64,000 nucleotides of DNA from Ruditapes philippinarum (lineage: Eukaryota). Shown here one piece after another: positions 36,853 to 49,285 of this stretch. The notes beneath the pieces are model-generated. The model made no database searches, had not been told where the DNA came from, and was given only the letters and a program-made list of their open reading frames with translations. How positions within the stretch are numbered: the stretch's first letter is position 1; the number at the start of each line of letters is the position of its first letter. The stretch covers positions 1 through 64,000 of the forward strand of contig NW_026861878.1 in NCBI RefSeq assembly GCF_026571515.1, in the 5' to 3' direction. The translations under genes were made by a program, and so were the position numbers.

Positions 36853-39800
36853 ATGGCAGAGGCTGGTGACAATATTGGAGACGGGGCTGGGGCTGATATA
36901 AATACAGACGATATGGAGAAGATAATGAAGGTAACTTTTGATTTAAAAAAATAACATTGAATCGTTGTTTATTTTGATGTTAACAAGTACTTTTAGTAGT
37001 CGTTTTTGTAAAGTGAACGTTTAAATAAACATTAAGATTATTCATCCATATTACACGGAAGGTGTTTTATGTCAGAAATGGGCTAAATCGAAAGCTGGTG
37101 AGTAGGTAGCTTATGTTAATACAATGGCACAGATTAAACCTTTAATACTGCATTACTGAATTCAAATCAAATTTTCGACATTAAATAATATCTAAAGGCA
37201 TGTTTGGTGATATGGTGACATGTCCGGTGTCCGTACTTCTGATTAGGCGGATTGCCCCATCATTAAGCATAGAATAGAACGATATCACGTGGAGACAAAG
37301 TAAAATAAATATGTATATCACTTTGTCCCTTAAAAATGACTTTTTTACGTTATTTGCGACATTTCAAGCGAGACTGGATAAACAAATATTTTGATTTACG
37401 AGATCATTATTATATAAATTAATATTTGAATTCATTTTTTTCACCATAAATAGTGTATGTGAATTTGTCTTCTTCGCCAATTTTCATATATTCCATGTGT
37501 TGACACGGTGCTTCCAGCTTCGTCGATGATAATTTGCAATGTTAAGTTTCACGGTGCGTAATCGTTCCGGGCTTATTTGGAATATTTCCCCGTTCCTGAA
37601 CTGATTCGGATTTTTTTCACCGGATTAATTCAGATAAATTGGATTTTGAGCTTGACAAGGGAAGAAAATATATAAAACAAACATATTTACCACTGTTAGT
37701 CTTTGAATATGCTAATTGCACGGAACATTGCAATGTTTAAGGAATTCATATACAACTTTATAAGGTTTGTTAAAGGTCTTTTATCAGTTTGAATCGAAAA
37801 ACAAATTTCACATGTCAGTGAAGTAGTCGTTAACACTAGGATAAAATTGCCAAAAAAGTCATTATCATCCTTATTTTTTCAGGTATTTCATGATTATATT
37901 ATAGAAAAAATCATTCCGCAATAATTTAGTGGTTTTTAGTAAAATGATTTGCCCGGGAAATGAATTTTTAGGACATAAGCCTGCAATCAGCGCTTTGCCT
38001 TGTTTTCCTTAATACGAATCAATCCAGTGCCCTAAAAAAATTATGAGGTTGTCATAAAAGTACGTCCTACAAATTCATTACTGGACAAAACATTTTACTA
38101 AAACCGCTAAATTATCGACGAAAGATTTTTTTCTATAATATGATCCTGAAATCTTTTAAAAAAAGATAATAATGACTTTTTGGCAATTTCATGCTAATGT
38201 GTACTACTACTTCACTGACATGTGAAATTTGTTTTTCGATTCCAACTGATAAAAGACCGTTAACAAACCTTATAAAGTTGTATATGAATTCCTTAAACAT
38301 TGCAATGTTCCGTGCAAGTAGAATATTCAAAGACTAACAGTTGTAAATATGTTTATTTTATATATTTTCTTACCTTGTCAAGCTTAAAATCCAATTTATC
38401 TGAATCAATCCGGTGAAAAAAATCCAAATCAGTTCAGGAACGGGGAAATATTCCAAATCAGCCCGGAACGATTACGCACCGTGCGTTTAGGACACGTAAA
38501 TGTGTGTTGGGATTATTTACCCTCGCCGCCGTTGTAAAACCATATGGACGAACAAGTACACATATAATTTCTAATTGCCGGATATGTATATGCACGAGTT
38601 AGTGTTGGGTGTTTTACATTACAGGTACGCAGGCTACGTGAATTATGGCATGGGCGTTTCACAAACAGGAATATCGCAACATTGCTAAGGCACCATGACT
38701 GGGATGTGGAAGCCACGAACTTATTTATCTTGGATGGTAAAATACAACATTGCCATATTTTAAGCGTTGCACGCATCTAATACTGAATGTATCTATTTGC
38801 TATATTTAAAGTTGAGAATAATATTATGCTTGTAAGTGTAAAAATTTCCAAGGAGACGATAAACAAAATCGTATCATTCACTCTTTAAAACAGGGTAGAT
38901 CTGTATAGTTTACATTATGTTTAATCTCCTGATTATATTAGAGATGTTCATTATCTTTATTCCAGCTTTACCTGGGGAGCTTAGAGACGTTCTTGGGGGT
39001 GAAGACGTAAGTATTCTGTCAACATGAATAGTTTTGTAAAACCGCCACTTAAAATACCTACTTACAAATACAAGAACGCACTTTAAATTTTATATTCGGT
39101 CCAATAGTTGTGTCCGTCCGGTTAGCGTTGTACTATGAATCGGGCGACCCATGTTGGATAATGCAGGAGACTTTCGTTCTGATTGATCATCGAATTCTAC
39201 CGCAATGATTTCGTGCGAAAGTGAAAGCCACTATTACTAGTAAACTGCTCGACTGCCTGCGTAGAAACGATGCTGTGTGTGCTTAGCGCCGTGATTAAGG
39301 TGGTAAACTATCAACACCACCTGCTGTTGAACATGAAGAAACATGAAACTATGAAAATAATTTCATTTCATCCTTCTAACTTGAACAGATAGGCTTAATT
39401 CTAATTTCTAAGTTGTACATACAGTTGATTAACTTGAGTCTTTATTAAAAGATGTACGTAGGAAATGTCTATGCGCAAATCAATAGATATATCAATATAT
39501 ACATATATGTAAATCATGTGTAACAGTTTTCTTTGTTTCAGTGGCACCTTGTTGAAAACGTTCGCCGAAATAACGTTCTTCGAGATTTAGCGAGACTTAA
39601 TCGTATAGGTCATGAAGTAAGGCAGTATGGCTGCCGACCTGATGACAATATGTGGTGGAGACGTGTACCGTCTAGAAAACCAGTAAGGAACCGATCTTTG
39701 TGTCTATGTTCTTTATTCCTTCTATTGTTTTGTTTATATGTCAGTGTAAATGTGAGAGAGAAAGGTTAATTGTGTAAAAGAAAGGATACTACAGTAAACT

Positions 39801-41362
39801 GTATTCACATCAGTAAAAATGCGTATCAAATGTATCAAATTTTGCATAGCAAACATTGTTTAGTTTAAACATATTTTATTGCATTAAATGCATGTTTACA
39901 AACATATCATACAAATAATGAGCAAACATTGTTCTAAAGATAATGTAGTCTTTAATTTAATTTAAGGTTTCACAATGTAAACGATGTAAACACAAATATG
40001 AACCGATACCAAGAGAGCAGGAATGGGGTTGGGCTAGGTTTGAATGCATATGCGCAATTAAATTCAAGTAAATACTTGTTTTAAATTGATCTTTTTCAGG
40101 AGTCTTGATAAATATTTTGCCGTTTATGTCGTATTTTAAATTTTTCTAAATGACTGATTTTGGGACAGATATATTCAATACAAACTTATTGTTTTATACA
40201 TCTTATACATACATTTCTTGAACATCTATCGATACTTTAATTTATTTAAATATAATAAATTTGAAGCCATTTTGTATTAACAGATAGTATCTTTTCAGAA
40301 GAAAGGTATTACTAGTAAAAGATACAAAGATTTAAGTATTGAAATCGCATACTTAGCCATTATAGAATGCATGTCTGTACTTTCCTTTTTGTATCTGTAC
40401 AGCGCTTTTGCAATGATGGATAAAGGTCTACTGGGTCCCCAATACATTGGTAAAAGTCAAAGTTTATGTTACACCTGTATGTCTCATCTGTGTGAGCCAA
40501 TTCAGATTCTCCCACCAATGAGACGACGTCGGAACATAGATGGTGACGAAGAAGATGGGCGTAACGTTGGCAACGGATATGGGCGTAACGGTGGTACTGG
40601 AGATGGGCGTAACGGTGGTACTAGAGATGGGGGTAACGTTGGCAACGGATATGGGCGTAACGGTGGTACTGGAGATGGGCGTAACGGTGTCAACGTATAT
40701 GGGCGTAACGGTGGTACTGGAGATGGGCGTAACGTTGGCAACGGATATGGGCGTAACGGTGGTACTAGAGATGGGCGTAACGGTGGCACTGCAAATGGGC
40801 GTAACAATGGCAGGGGAAATAGGCGTAACTGGTATGACAGACGCAGGCCTCGCAAACATACCCATAGATGTACTGCCCCAAACTGTTACAGACGATACAC
40901 CCCCGATCCAAGAAGTATGATCCAATAATTTAACTTTATTTGACTTATAATGACGATACACTTTTAAAAACGTTTTGGTTACTTAACCATTCATAAGTGA
41001 ATAAACACAATAGTATGACTTTGTAAGCAGTACAAGAATGTCACAGTGTCACGTGATGATAATAGTAAGCAACTATATTTACAAGTAATTAGTGCAGTAA
41101 ACATTAATTTTACGGTATTTCCTTATGATCTTGCCAATCAGTTATGCTTTTCTTTGAAGGTCATGAACCGCTCGTGCAGATCTGCGTCCATCCCAACTCT
41201 TTAAAGAACAAAGTGCATGGGTTTGGCAGTGATCGTCATATAAGTACAGGATCTACGGTGGGAACATGCCTGTCACAAGATGACATCGACGCCTCGTATG
41301 AGCCATGTCTTGCTGATATAGAGGAGGCAGACGAGATAGGTGACGACCAAGATAATGCTTAA
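36853..41362 (+). CDS. SHFL: Shiftless homologue, copy 3, with Gly/Asn/Arg/Asp repeat insertion (395 aa, 7 coding exons)
   Basis: Exons 36853-36930, 38625-38736, 38966-39006, 39542-39682, 39967-40067, 40403-40914, 41160-41362; GT-AG; 1188 nt open. HISTGSTVGTCLSQ closely matches human HISSGSTVATCLSQ. Confidence 0.92.
37550..38483. mobile_element. Foldback MITE with ~425-bp inverted arms, CACGGTG termini (Transib-like)
   Basis: cacggtgcgtaatcgttccgggct at 37550 and agcccggaacgattacgcaccgtg ending at 38483. Arms match to about 37975 and 38064. Flanking 5-mers are agttt and cgttt. Confidence 0.8.
40550..40830 (+). repeat. Coding tandem repeat (24-nt units encoding DGRNGGTG / GRNVGNGY)
   Basis: Repeated atgggcgtaacg(gtggtactggag|ttggcaacggat) units, about 11-12 copies, in frame in SHFL copy-3 exon 6. 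Confidence 0.95.
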
Positions 41363-42722
41363 AGTGTAATACTAGTATGTCTGTTTAAAGTTACTCGTTT
41401 ACATTTCAAATATAAAACTCGTGTCCCTGTATCTAAAATATTTCCCAAAACTTTTATGCACAGTTTTGTTTTTATTCTTTAACACAACTCATCACTGGCC
41501 AATGTCTTCAATATTCACAGATATAAATAAAATTAATGCGACCTCTGTTCATCTACAGGTAGTCAGTGTTAATTTGACCTTAACACTATCGTTATTACGA
41601 TCATTTTGCTTCTTTTTTCATTACACTGCATTTTGTTGTTTCTTTCTGGATGTAGAAAGGCATTTGTGTTTGACAAACAAATCTTGAATCAGTCACAGTT
41701 TTGTTACACGTTCTTAATTTGGACGTTTCACATTTGAATCACTTTTAAATTAGAGTTTCTTTGCTGCAATCTAGCTTTACCATACATTCTTGATTATTTA
41801 TGTAGTATCTATTTATTTATCATTAGCTATAAACCAGAAAAATAAACAAAGCTGTTCCCCGTCAGGACTTATTTTGCATCAGGTTATCAGTCATGTGTAC
41901 TGGCTACTTACATTGAGTCACTTATGCTTCAAATTTGACAAAGATACAAGAAACGAGTAACTTTAATTTGAAAATATTAATTTGTTGTATACGGCAATTT
42001 ATTATGCACTTACTATATGTTCTGTAAATATGTTGTGTGTGTGCTGGAGGCAAAAAAAGGAAATAAAGTTTGTCATTGTCAAGAGGTAGCATCATCATTA
42101 ACTCAATATAACACACTTAGTGCGCTAATTCTTATTTTTATATTCACTTATACATTATGTGCTTTTAACCAGATTTTACCGTGCTTAACTAATTATTGAA
42201 TTTATGATAGTTTATTGAAATCTTCATGTACAGTTTTTTCTACGAGCCGGACCAGACTGGTGAATACTGTAAATATATGTAAAAACTGGTAATTAGTTTC
42301 TCTAAAAAAATACCAAACATATGTGTGTTAGTTTGGTTATATATTACACATAAAAGTTGCCGTTCGGAGCATTTCAACTAAAAAAAAAAAGATGTGTGTG
42401 TGTAATGGCGAAAGAACTAACGACAAATCTTAAAAGACGCAATTTAATAAGATATGATAAAATTAGTGTAAATATTTATTTGTGTTAAATACGCTGATTG
42501 GTATATCTTGACTTCTGAAGTATCGAGCAGTCTTTAACAAATGATAGCGCACTGAACGTTGCTTCGTATTCTGCTGTTCACGCATATACCGAAGAATTAA
42601 CCATGACCTACAAGTCATAATCTTTCACTTTCCAATTCTTGTCTCCAAAGTAATTAAAGGAAACATTTTATATAGTTTATACACAAATAAAAAAAAATAG
42701 AAAATAAACAAAAACAACTAAA

Positions 42723-43781
42723 AACAAGAGGGTCATGATGGCCCTGAAATCGCTCACCTAGCTGTATATAGGCCCCCGGGGCGGAACCAATTTAAACCAA
42801 GGGGCTTTTATTTGAACAAACGTGGTAGCCACCCATTAGAAGATGTTTCATGATAAATATCTAAGCTCTTGCTCTTTGGGGTTTTTAATAGAAGATTTTT
42901 ACTATACACATATCGGGAAAAACAATGACCCCCGGGCGGGGCCAATTTTGACCCCAGGGCTTTTATTTGAACAAACTTGGAAGACACTCACTAGAAGATA
43001 TTTCATGCTTAGTATGTTAACTCCAGCTCTTTGTTTTTTTTAAAGAAGATTTTTAAGTTTTTACTATACACATATAAGGAAAATCAATGACCCCCGGGGC
43101 GGTGCCAATTTTAACCCCAGGGACCTTATTTGAACAACCTTGGTAGACACCCAATAGAAGATGTTTCAAGCTAAACATTTACCTCTAGCTCTTATTGTTT
43201 TTTTAAAAGAAGATCTTTTAAGTTTTTGCTATATACATAAAGGGAAAACAATGACCCCCTTTGGGCGGGGCCAATTTTGACCCCAGGACTTTTAGTTGAA
43301 CAAACTTGGTAGACACCCACTAGAAGATGTTTCATGATTAATATCTAAGCTCTAGCTACTTGGGTTTTTTAAAAGAAGATTTTTTTAAGTTATTACTTAT
43401 AATACACAAATAAGGAAAATCAATGACCCCCCGGGCCAATTTTGACCCCAGGGCTTTTATTTGAACAAACTTGGTAGACACTGACTAGACAATGTTTCAT
43501 GCCAAATATTTAAGCTCTAGCTCTTTAGGTTTTTTAAAAGAAGATTTTTTAAAGGTTTTTTTCGGTTGCCATGGCAACCAGATTTCTGCATGGAATTAAA
43601 TTCTTTAAACATTTTTTCAAGTTGACTACCAAAGGAACATTCCTGTGAAGTTTGGATGAAATTGGCATAGCGGTTTATGAGGAGATGTCGTTTAAAGTAA
43701 AAGTTTACGGACGGACGAACGGACGCCGGACGAAAAGCGATCACAAAAGCTCACCATGTCACTTTGTAACAGGTGAGCTAA
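42723..43781 (-). mobile_element. Helentron-associated non-autonomous element (HINE/pearl-like) carrying a ~160-bp tandem array
   Basis: Terminal hairpins (agggtcatgatggccct; agctcacc...ggtgagct), shared gctcacc subterminal motif, (ggac)n microsatellite at about 43708-43730, and about 5 tandem units starting near 42771, 42927, 43089, 43253 and 43425. Inserted in an A/T run. Confidence 0.8.
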
Positions 43782-45395
43782 AAACATAAAAAAACAACCA
43801 TATAAAAGGATACATATATGCAAGGCATGAAATAAATTAACAGCTAGTGCAGTAATGGTTTGACAGTTGTTTTGTGCTTAGACATTTGATATCATTATGG
43901 TGGTGTGATAACTGTGTTAGATTTCAATACAGTTTCCAGGAAACGTAAAGTTGGTGAAATTATGTTTGAACTGTAGTTTTCCAGTTCGCGAGTTTATGAG
44001 TGTTGAAATGAACTGTTTCATCCCCACAGAGGGATTTATTATATACCTCAAAAAGAGTCTGTCATTTACCAGACGTGTATTTGGAGGCCAGATTTACACA
44101 AACCTTGATCTTCGTACACCATTGCCCCACATATTGTTTGTCCAAATATTATCAAACCAGTGCATTGATAAGAAATTTCAACAGAATTGAAGAAAATATT
44201 TCATATTTGAACTTGACAGTCAAGACCAACTCAATCTGTTTTTTGGGGAGTATCAATTAATCAAAATATACATTAAAAGATTTGAAAATAATATAACAAA
44301 TGCAACATTATAAAATGAATTTAATATAAAACAGAAATATATCACTAAGCTATATTTGTGTCTAAAAACTACAATTGTAACAAAACTAGGTCGGACAAGC
44401 ATTTTCAATAGAAATCCTCTGTATACTTAAACACAATTACTACATATACAATGTTACAATCTAATAGGTTTATAAGTTGCAATATGCTTTATTTGAGTAT
44501 TTTTAATAAAACAATACAAAACAAAAGTATATAAAAATCTATTTCAGAAGCTTTAATCAACCCATAAACTGCTGGAACTGACAGTGACTTTGCCACCAGT
44601 ATAGAGCCAAGCCAGCCTGCACATCTTTGAAGTCTGACCAGGCTCTATACTGTTGGTAGTTCATATACTTTTTGTATATTGTTACGGAAATTCTTAATAT
44701 TCAAATGGGCTGTTCCAAACTCATAACAATGCAAATCATTAACAAAATTTCAGCTGGTTAAATCTTAGAATAAAGGGTTAAAATAATCATTCAGTCATGT
44801 AAGTAAATAATCTCAATATGATCAATTAACATTATCAAATCTGCTACATTGATAGTTTAAGTTCTCTTATACGTATAGATATATTTTATATGATGATATA
44901 ACTTCCAATCTGACATCTTTAAACATTGCTTCGTATAAACTTACCATAAATTATTTCAATATAGATATCCTTACCAAATTCAGATCTACAGGAAATCTAA
45001 ATGGGATAAAAATTGTGATACAAATAGTCTTGTTCCTCAAATGTAAATTATTCTGATATAACCACAGAAGCATTTTAAAATCAATTTAACTCTAAACACT
45101 TATTCTAAGCAATATATTTAAATGAAGTAGAGCATTTAATACTATTTCATCAAAATGAGAGAAAACAATTTAAAAGAGATTTTTTTCCTATTTTGAAACA
45201 TATCATTAATAGTTAACTCTAATAGTTATGATCAAGTTCAAGAATATTCATTGTACGTGTATAAAATTTGAAATTCACACACTCATAGGAATATTTCCGA
45301 AACAAAAAAGTGCCAAATTTTCTCAGGTATTTCTTAACTGTATCCTGGGATCAATCCATAATTATTGCAATAGACAAATTAGATAAAGTATTGTT

Positions 45396-48300
45396 CTAAA
45401 CTTCTTCAAGTTCTACTAAAGTTCCGTTACAGTCTTTAGGATGTAAAAACACTACAGGTTTACCATGGGCACCAATCCTTGGCTCCTCGCTCAGCAATCG
45501 GATATTCTTAGCCTTTAAGTCTTTCATAGCTTCTTTTATATTGTCCACCTTAAAAAAAAACAACAAAATAATAATTTAGGAATACATAACACATTTGTCA
45601 GGTCAATTTTCCTACTTGTACTACTGTATTGAATAATTGTACATGTTCATTCATCTATTTATAGTCACATGGATTTAGGTTAAAAATTTATAATAATGAT
45701 GAGGATGATAATTATTATACTAAAATATTCATAGCTAAGACAAAGTGACATCATTTAAAACTATACTAAATCTTTAAAAAAAAGATGTCTTTTACAGTTT
45801 TACCTCCTCAACAACATGTCAAGTTTGTATAGTTTCTTTTAGGAGGATTCAGTAAAACGTTCATTAATTTGGAAAGAACAAGAATGTAGGTATCAGGTGA
45901 CATTAAGGTCATCTTCTGAGCTACCTCTCAACTTTGCTGAACTATAAGGAAAATATTAGCTTCAATAATCTTCAACATGTAGCTACATATTACATACTTG
46001 TCACTTTATGAAGGCCCTTGTAATATTTAAAAGAATACAATCATAATACTACTTGTCTAACTGACTTTACTTCAATGGCAGCCATACATACACGCTACCT
46101 ACATACCAAAATACCTGATACAGTATGTGAAGTGGAATGGAAGAAAAAAACCTGGACATTCCAAAAAGTTTTCTTGAAATCGTATCAAATCATGTCTTCA
46201 ACTCAAGTTTTCATGAAATATGTGACACTAATAATGATAACATATCAAACCTCTAAACATATGTGGTGCATTCCTCCACTTTTATTCTTGTCCAGAAAAT
46301 TCTGAATTGGGCTTTTCTCACCGAGAGGGTTTAAAAGCTGAAAAATAGTAGAAAAACAAATAACATTTTCTGCTATGTACAGGTTTTTTTATTCAGCATG
46401 TTTTGTATTATAAACTGAATGTTTTATATAAATCTCTATGAATGTTACACTGGGTAAGAAATATGTGCAGTCTGACCTGACCCTCAGCATACCCTTTCCT
46501 TAGCTTTACCAACTGAGCTTCATGACCACTTACACATCTTTCCTCCTTTTACATGTTTTAGTTAACAGTTCTACAATGTCAGATGTATCTTCTTTCAATG
46601 ATGGAATTCCTGGCAAGTTTAACTTATATTCAAAGTGACCAGTTTTAAGATGAAAGAAGTACACACGATGTACAGGAAACTAATAATTATCTTGATGAAT
46701 TTAGTTGTTAGATTCAACAAATATACAAACAATTTCTTAACTGTTTTAATTCTTATGTAGATAAAGACTTCTATGTGCTACAATATAGAGCACATTTATA
46801 CCATCTGATAAAACTCTATCTGCACTCTTTTAAAAAAACAAAACCTAAACATAGATAATAAATATCTCTTAACTTTAAAAGCAGATTGAAAACAGAATAA
46901 GTATTTTATAAAAATTAAGTATAATAAGGGTTGAATGTTAGAGTTTACCTCAATTTTTGTATCACCCAGCTCTACAAACACTGTGTAAACACCATGATCT
47001 GGTTGTGGCTAATAATAGATAATAAAACAATTTATTGACCATTGAACACACTAAACATGATTTATACACAATGGAATAACTTTTGGCTCCTCTAATTTCA
47101 CGAAGAATTCAAATGCACTTTATCTGTATGTGTTTAAATTTGAAATCCTCATATCTCTATGCAAAGAATGGTAACTAACTGATCCCATAGATATGAAACA
47201 ATGTCTGTAAATTTAAGACCAGAGATGTTTGAATTATAAATAAATGTAAACAAAACCATTATTTATCATTAATAGTAAACCTTTCAAGGCATGTGAATAA
47301 AAGCTAGAATTTAACATTTACATCATAGGTTTTATTTATGTGACTGTCTGTAAGGAAAGGGATAAGAGTCGAAAAAGTGGTTTACAAATTTAGTACCCTT
47401 AACATTATCAATACATAGTTCTAGTTCATTAAAGAAATCTTACATGTTTATCACTGACTTTAGCTCCTAAAACATCTCTATACATGGCTGCTGTTTTCTC
47501 AATGTCAGGTGTGGCAATAGCTATATGGTTAATCTTTCCAATTTTCCATTTCTAAAACAAACAACAAATTGTACAAAATAGCCATTTACGTGTATATAAT
47601 AATAATAATATAAATCATGCAAATTATAAAATTTCACAATGAATTTCAGTTCGCAATGAAGTTTGGATTTTTTTAAATCCAGTTTTTCAATGTTTGACAA
47701 GTGTCAAGACACAAAAAGCTTCACATGAATTAATGTTTCATTGTTAAAGACCTTTCAAAATCACTAATGCTTCAGGATTAATATTGGTTCTTTTCTCTTC
47801 TTTTGAGAACTTTCATCAATTGTTAATATAATTACCATCTTTAAATAAAATATCTATATATATCTCTTCAAAAATATTTTCAACAACAGTGTTTTGTTCT
47901 GATGATGATTACCTGTAATGTTGCAGCAGAGGTATGGAGTCCTGAACAATGTCTCTGAAAAGAACAATCAAAATAAGGTACCATAACAGTTAAAAATGCT
48001 GCATAAAAACTCAAGTCTAAATGTATTGAAAATGTTCTTGGTAGATATAAAACTGGAAAAAAGACAACATTGTTTACAATACGGGCTTCAACACAATGAC
48101 AGGGCAGCTTCAAGAGACAATTGTCATAACACCTGACAATACTGTAATTACTGCACCATACATTTAGCATAACACCTGACAATATTGTACTGCTGCTACA
48201 TATATTTAGCATTACACCTGACAATATGACAATACTGTAACTGCTGCTACATACATTTAGCATAACACCTGACAATACTGTAATTACTGCACCATACATT

Positions 48301-49285
48301 TAGCATAACACCTGACAATATTGTACTGCTGCTACATACATTTAGCATTACACCTGACAAAACTGTAATTGCGGCTACATATATTTAGCATTACACCTGA
48401 CAATACTGTTATTGTTATAATATACATTTAGCATGACACCTAACAATACTGTAATTGCTGCCACATATATTTAGTTTTAGACCTGACAATACTGTTATGG
48501 CTGCTACATACATTTAGCATTGCACCTGACAATACTGAAATTGCTGCTACATACATTTAGCATTACACCTGACAATTCTGTTAAATATATTGCTGCTACA
48601 TACATTTAGCATTACACCTGACAATACTGTAATTGCTGCTACATACATTTAGCATTAGCACCTGACAATACTGTAATTGCTGCTACATACATTTAGCATT
48701 ACACCTGACAATACTGTTATTGCTGCTACATACATTTAGCATTACACCTGACAATACTGTAATTGCTGCACCATACATTTAGCATTACACCTGACAATAC
48801 TGTTATTGCTGCTACATACATTTAGCATTACACCTGACAATACTCTAATTGCTGCTACATACATTTAGCATTGCACCTTATAATTTTGTACTACTCTAAC
48901 AGACATTTAGCATTAAAACTCTTAAGTACAAGAAAACTCCAGCAGACAACTCCAGCAGACATTTGCCTGATTTGGCAAATCAGGCACCAAACTGTCTGCC
49001 ATGAAGTGTCCTATATGAATCCTGTCGTTTCAAATTTGGTTTAATGAGGTAGTGTTTGAGGATATCATCCTGCCTAAAAAAAACGCCCAAGTTTTATCTT
49101 GAAGTGATTGGGGATCACTAAGAATCCTTCGAAAAGATAGATGTCCGAAATAAGGGTAAATGACAGGAACCAAAATGAAGTGAAAAGAATGATTTTGCAA
49201 TTATATAAAATTTGCAGTATATTTAAAACTATACCATGAGGTGCGCACACTGGACAGAAAGCCGTGTCACTTTATTTAAAGCCAT
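45396..49285 (-). CDS. MCEE: Methylmalonyl-CoA epimerase, mitochondrial (166 aa, 6 exons)
   Basis: Exons 49285-49235, 47954-47913, 47551-47444, 47008-46949, 46337-46251, 45548-45396, all phase 0 GT-AG. Motifs WKIGKINHIAIATPD, HGVYTVFVELGDTKIELL, GGMHHICLEVDNI, IGAHGKPVVFLHPKDCNGTLVELEEV. Confidence 0.95.
48125..48915. repeat. 43-bp minisatellite in MCEE intron 1 (~18 copies)
   Basis: Unit tacatacatttagcattacacctgacaatactgtaattgctgc repeated head-to-tail with no spacers. Confidence 0.95.

Noticed and set aside
40464-40961. Overlapping ORFs (VTPISSTT, PPLRP, MGVTVVLE repeats)
   Set aside because: Alternative frames of the stop-free coding repeat in SHFL copy 3.
48125-48915. CRISPR-like array
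   Set aside because: Head-to-tail 43-bp units with no unique spacers, in a eukaryotic intron; the 47880-48299 ORF is a by-product of the repeat.
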